Notes under the pieces: model-generated | The model's input: the letters and a program-made list of their open reading frames with translations, nothing else | Databases searched by the model: none | What the model was told of the DNA's origin: nothing | Shown: piece by piece, positions 57,805 through 64,000 of the stretch | Position numbering within the stretch: position 1 is the first letter of the stretch | How the letters are laid out: each line of letters opens with the position of its first letter | Program-made: the position numbers and the translations under genes | Assembly (NCBI GenBank): GCA_964016885.1 | Contig: OZ024740.1 | Span: 211,606,001 to 211,670,000, forward strand | Source: Eledone cirrhosa | Lineage: Eukaryota | Length of the DNA stretch: 64,000 nt | Reading direction: 5' to 3'

Positions 57805-58199
57805 AAAGTTCTATTTAAAATTGTTGGGATACAACAAGTAAATATTTTTATAACTGATATAAAGCACTCGACAAGTATTTGGAGTAGATATACGATATTA
57901 ATAAATGGAAACTATATTTATAAAACCATATTTATTTCATTATACATATTTCAGGAATACCAAATTAAATTATGGTATGCCTTCATCAGACAAAATACAA
58001 TATATAACAGTTTTACAAATAAGCTTTGTTCCAAAAACAATGGTTGCATTTTAATAGGGTACGTCAAAGCTTATTTGTAAAACTGTTATATATTGTATTT
58101 TGTCTGATGAAGGCATACCATAATTTAATTTGGTATCCCTGAAATATGTATAATGAAATAAATATGGTTTTATAAATATAGTTTCCATTTATTAATATC

Positions 58200-58202
<3 letters not shown>
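57802..58202. mobile_element. Family B palindrome with HHRs at 57933-57997(-) and 58096-58160(+)
   Basis: tattttgt CTGATGA aggcatacca..tggtatccct GAAA TATGTA TA atgaaata; spacer 58029-58064. Confidence 0.9.
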
Positions 58203-58245
<43 letters not shown>

Positions 58246-58248
<3 letters not shown>

Positions 58249-58649
58249 TTCTATTTAAATTGTTGGGATACAACAAGCAAATATTTTTATAACTGATATA
58301 AAGCACTCAACAAATTATTGGAGTAAAGATATGATATATTAACAAATGGAAACTATATTTATAAAACCATATTTATTTCATTGTACATATTTCAAGGACA
58401 CCAAGTCAAATTATGGTGCGCTTTCATCAGATAAAATATAATATAGATCAGTTTTATAAATAAATATTGACATACCCTTAAAGAATGCGACCATTTCTGT
58501 TGGAAGCTCCCGGATAGTGGGGTTATTAAATTTAAGGGTATGTCAATATTTATTTATAAAACTGATCTATATTATATTTTATCTGATGAAAGCGCACCAT
58601 AATTTGACTTGGTGTCCTTGAAATATGTATAATGAAATAAATATGATTT

Positions 58650-58657
<8 letters not shown>
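58246..58657. mobile_element. Family B palindrome with HHRs at 58374-58438(-, U16.1>C) and 58575-58639(+)
   Basis: tattttat CTGATGA aagcgcacca..tggtgtcctt GAAA TATGTA TA atgaaata. Confidence 0.9.
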
Positions 58658-58719
<62 letters not shown>

Positions 58720-59020
58720 CTGTTATTTTAATATATATATATATTAAAATGACAGATTAAAGTTTAAGCAAAAAATCGCTGCTTTCACCCTTAACTGGAT
58801 CTTCTGAAACTAAAAAATATCAATCTGTGAACGCAGAAGTAAATATTTCGAAAAACGATGCAGCCGAAGGAAAACAGGAAGACGATACTTTGGTTCGTGA
58901 AGACAGACAGATATAAGCGTGCGACGTTATAGCTATGAATCTAATGCAGACAGCCAGACATACAGAGACATATTATAAGAGCGCATCGTTATAGCTATGT
59001 ATCTATCTAAAAAGATAGTT

Positions 59021-59509
59021 GGCGTGGCTGATCTGTGGGGCTACGCCGAACGACTGCTGTCGCGGGTGGCGCCGATTAAATTGACCGCCGAGTCTGGTCT
59101 ACTTCTTCCGATATCACTTCCGAAGAAGGATAAGAATGGAGAGAGAGGTGCTTGGCCACAGGCAGTTTTATGAAAGGTGGGTGATAGTAGCGAGAATGGC
59201 TCGTGTAAATGGGCCTTCTCTGTATACCATCCTGTAGGTAAAGAAGTAAAGGAGAGGGGAGCACCTTCTCCATGTGCTCCCCGGGCAAAGGATTGCACAC
59301 TTTTTCGGGGGTGTGTGCAACCCCCATCACGTCCCCTCCCTTTTGAGGTTGTTTTCGATTATTTTCATTTTATACCCTTTTTACTCGGTGTTATGTAAAC
59401 TCCCCCTTTGTATTTGTCCCTTCTTTTTATGCCTTTATGGTAAATAAATAAATATATATGTAGTATTGCGTATGTGATTGTATTTATGTATAAGTCTATC
59501 ATTATGTGT
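59021..59509 (+). repeat. Direct duplicate of 55732-56363 (Tx1 3' end plus flank) with an internal deletion
   Basis: Near-identical; ~143-bp deletion at agtc microhomology. Confidence 0.9.
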
Positions 59510-59700
59510 GTGACGTCTTCCTCTCATTTTGTCCAACCGCTTATCTATATTTTTATTTTATTTTATATTTTTTCCCTTGTACTTGTGTATGTATATTTCT
59601 GCAGACTAGCTAGTGAGTTAATACACTTCTGTCTATGCCATATATATATCTGTGTATGTGTGCATGTGTGTATGTATACGTGTGTGTGTGAAGTGAATGC

Positions 59701-59745
<45 letters not shown>

Positions 59746-60066
59746 CCTGTGTATATGTATGCGTAGGTATATATATATATATATATATATCTGTGTATGT
59801 ATGTATATATGTTTATATTTATATGTGTGTGTGTGTGTGTGTGTTTGCGAATGTATGTATTTGCAGACTAGTGTGTTTATACACTTATGTCTATGCCATG
59901 TATATATATGTGTATATATATGTGTGTATATAGATATATATATAGAGAGAGAGATATATAAAATGAAGTATTTCCGTAGGAAAAGTAAAGGAAAAGAGAG
60001 TGCTCTATGTAGGCTACAGAGCTTTTTAGTTATGTAATAAACAACATAAGATAATTATTTCATATT

Positions 60067-60130
60067 ATTCTTTCTGATGAATGAAGATAGCCATGGATAT
60101 CTGTCTTCAAGAAACCACTGGTAAATGAAT
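60067..60130 (+). ncRNA. Type I hammerhead
   Basis: attcttt CTGATGA a tgaagatag ccatggatat ctgtcttca a GAAA CCACTGG TA aatgaat. Confidence 0.78.
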
Positions 60131-60169
60131 TAATTATCTTATGTTGTTTATTACATAACTATATCTATA

Positions 60170-60229
<60 letters not shown>

Positions 60230-60645
60230 CCTATGTATATGTCTGTATGTATGTCTGTATATGTATTTATGTGTGTGTGTGCCTATGTATATGTCTGTAT
60301 GTATGTCTGTATATGTATTTATGTGTGTGTGTGTTGTGCCTATGTATATGTCTCTATGTATGTCTGTATATGTATTTATGTGTGTGTGTGTGTGTGTATG
60401 TATATGTGTATGTCTGTGTACATGTATGTTTGCATATATATGTATATATACATATATATATATTTTCCTTTTATCTGAATGTGTGTATATGTATGTACAC
60501 ATGTCTTTTTCTATATTGCTATATATTTTTATATATTATTTTTCTTACCCTTCTTTTCTTATGTATATTTCCCGTTATTTTTCCAGCCTCACTTCCAATT
60601 TTTAACAGATTTTAAATCTCATTTCATATCTTTTATCTATAACAT

Positions 60646-60713
60646 CTCTGTCTGACGACCGATCCAGACGTATTTTATTATTGTCTGGGATCCAGAAACC
60701 TTTGGTAATGGAG
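60646..60713 (+). ncRNA. Type I hammerhead
   Basis: ctctgt CTGACGA cc gatccagac..gtctgggatc ca GAAA CCTTTGG TA atggag; downstream 60749-60812 recurs at 53150-53215 and inverted at 59970-60025. Confidence 0.75.
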
Positions 60714-60833
60714 TAGTTATATTTTGTGTTGTTCACTTTCTAATTAAATAGCTCTGTTCTATACATAGAGCACTCTTTTTTCCTTTGCATTTCCTTCGGA
60801 ATTACCTAACACACACACACACACTTATATAAT

Positions 60834-61070
<237 letters not shown>

Positions 61071-61073
61071 GTA

Positions 61074-61180
<107 letters not shown>

Positions 61181-61181
61181 G

Positions 61182-61276
<95 letters not shown>

Positions 61277-61395
61277 GTATATATATATATATGTATATAT
61301 ATGTATATATATATATATATATAATGTGTGTGTATATATATATGTATATATATATGATATTAAATAAATGGAAACTATATTTATAAAACCATATT

Positions 61396-61461
61396 TATTT
61401 CGTTATATATATCTCAGGGATATCATATTAACAATATGTTATGCCTTCTTCAGACAAAATA
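61396..61461 (-). ncRNA. Family B hammerhead, mutated (GAAA>GAGA), in solo copy ~61355-61512
   Basis: Homology to 1037-1102. Confidence 0.65.
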
Positions 61462-61944
61462 CAATATAAACAGTCTTATAAATAAATAGATACGACATAC
61501 CTTTCAATCACCTTGCATTTGGGGGATCTTCTGAAACTAACAAAGTCAATATATACATACATATATATATATATATAAATATATAAGTGCGTGTGTGCGT
61601 GTGTGCGGTTGCAAATTATTTGTATTTATATTGTTGAATTCATTTAGACTTAACGTTTACTATGTATGGTTCGGTAGCTCCCCGAGGAGTCATATGGGGG
61701 CCTTATTGACATACGGTGTTACAAGGGCATTTTAAGAACTGAGGGTCCCCATCTCTCGCCAAGTTTGAACAGATTTTTCTCAGGTAAAGAAAAAGCGTGA
61801 GAGAAAGAAAGAGTTTTTATCGACCTTGAATGAATGAAAGGCAAAGTGGAACTTAGAGTGGAGAGAGCCGAAACGAATGCCACAAAGCACTCTATCCGAC
61901 GTATTAACTACTCTGCCAATTCCTCGCTTCAAAATTTACTATGG

Positions 61945-62375
61945 AATTCTTCTTCTTCTTCCTTGCCCACTTATTGCTGGGAGGGTCGTGAGGGCAAAGT
62001 CCTCAAACACTCTGTCCAGCGAGTCCTGTCAGAAGCAACCATCTCCAACTGATCCAGCTGGATCCTCAAGCGTGACCAACGAAGCTTATCGATTTTATCC
62101 AACCATCTTGCTTGGGGTCTATCCCAGGGTCCCCTGTCGGTTGGTTTTGCCAGTAAAATATGTCCAGCGATTATTTCCTGAGACATTCTAACCACATACC
62201 CATAGTATCAGAGCTGTGATCTCTCAACTCAGAGAAGCAGTGGCTCTATCTGGAGTGACTCTCTGATCTCTGAGCTACGCAGTTTATCGAATAACGTTAC
62301 TCCAAAGACCCTTCGGAGGAATCCCATTTCAGCCGCTTGTATTCGCGATCATATTCTTCCAGTTATTACCCATGA
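61945..62375 (-). mobile_element. RTE LINE 3' fragment, (GAA)n-tail family
   Basis: Homologous to 17714-18134. Confidence 0.85.
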
Positions 62376-62644
62376 TATAAAATACATTAAAAATAATTGT
62401 GGGTGTTTATTGATTTATTATTTTTGTGTGAGAGACATAATATACTTTGATTTCCAGTTAGCTGGCGGTGGATTGGCAGAATCAGTAGAGCGCCAGACAA
62501 TATGCTTCGTATATATTTACGTCAAAGTTGAAAGCCCACCGATCAACTTTGCATTTCATTCTTCTGGGATCAATAAAATAAAGGTCCAGGATCGATTTAC
62601 TACTTTCTACACCCACAAATTGCTGGCCTTGTACCTAAATTATT

Positions 62645-63800
62645 ATCATCATCATCATCGTCATCATCATCATCATCATCATCGCCATCATTGTTTACCG
62701 TCTATCTTCCACGCTAGCATGGGTTAGACGAGAATTGTCCCACTTGAGGCAAGGTTGGTCGGATGACCGTGTCTCGCTCATATAGGATTATCTGGCAGGT
62801 TTTCTACAGCTGGATGCCCTTCCTAACAACAACCACATTTACAGTGTGGACTGGGAGCTTTTTACTGTGTTACCTACACGGCCACATTACAGCGTGGACT
62901 GAGTGGTTTTTTTTTGTCGTGATACCTACATGACCTCATTAGTTTGGACTACATGTTGTGGTACCAACATAACTTTATAGAGAAAGGGTGGTGTTGGTGG
63001 GAGTGGGAGGATGGAGTAGGGGTAGTGGGTTGGGGTGTATATTTTGTTAAGAGCTGCCTACTGATTGTAGGTTGACTTTGTACGTAGGGAAGGCAGGCCT
63101 TCTGTATTACTGCGTGGCGCCAAAGATCTCGGTCCAGTGACATTGTCTTAGAGAGGTGCAAGTGTGTAAGGTCGGAATTTATCAAATCGTCCCAGGTTTT
63201 TCTAGGTTTACCTACTCCGTAACTACCATCAATTTTGATCGTCCTGCACTTTTTTAAACAGCTGTCCTCTTTCATGCGCAACACATGACCATACCAACGT
63301 AGTCTTCTCTCAAGTAAACAGCATCTGATCCCTCTTATTCCTAATTTCTCACTTAGTTCATTTATGTTTACCCGTTCGCAAATATTACTATTACACATCC
63401 AACAAAGCATGCATGCTTCGTTCCTCTCCAGTCTGCGCAGGTCCTCTGCACACAATGCCCATGTATCACTGCCATGTAACATTGCTATTCGTATACACGC
63501 ATCATACAATCTGCCTTTCATTTTTAGAGAGAAACCTTTTGTGGCCAACAGCCCGTTTGTAGCGGTCTGGCTACTGTACTTTCAGAGCACCCTCCACAAC
63601 TGCTGATTTTGTCACCCAGGTAACGGAAAGTGTCCACTATTTCTATAGAACCATCTGGGCAATAGAAGGAGCTAGTATCCTGTGGGCTCCTGTCGGCCAC
63701 ATATAAAATCTACGTTCTTAGAGAGCTTACCTGTGATCTCACTACATCTTTTATGTACCCACCCATAGTTTGCATTTGGGACATAGAATGGAATTTCTAC
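62645..63800 (-). mobile_element. Decayed RTE LINE 3' part with (ATG)n tail
   Basis: KGRLYDACIRIAMLHGSDTW..RRLRWYGHVLRM..GKPRKTW. Confidence 0.82.
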
Positions 63801-63849
63801 CTACTCCTCTCCTACATACTGAGCATGGCCATTTCCCAGAGGGCACCTG

Positions 63850-64000
<151 letters not shown>

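Overview
AT-rich, repeat-saturated animal genomic DNA. The SINE and LINE families suggest a coleoid cephalopod (octopus-like), which is an inference. No confident host gene is present, and nearly all track ORFs are (TA)n/(CA)n/(ATGT)n artefacts. Recognisable content includes RTE, Tx1/L1, R4/Dong and CRE non-LTR retrotransposon copies, a Penelope-like element (PLE) 3' half with a GIY-YIG ORF missed by the ORF track, a Helitron fragment, hAT/piggyBac/Tc1-mariner MITEs, tRNA-derived SINEs, and 25-, 40- and 75-bp tandem arrays. The main signal is about 20 type I hammerhead ribozyme (HHR) motifs read by eye, from several unrelated short non-coding families. Most sit inside (TA)n tracts, often as head-to-head palindromes with recurrent end points, and one has a U3:A8 covariant core in a 323-bp tandem unit. 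This looks like a TA-targeted, ribozyme-bearing PLE/retrozyme-type system. Coordinates were counted by hand and may be off by a few bases. Nothing was folded or searched computationally.
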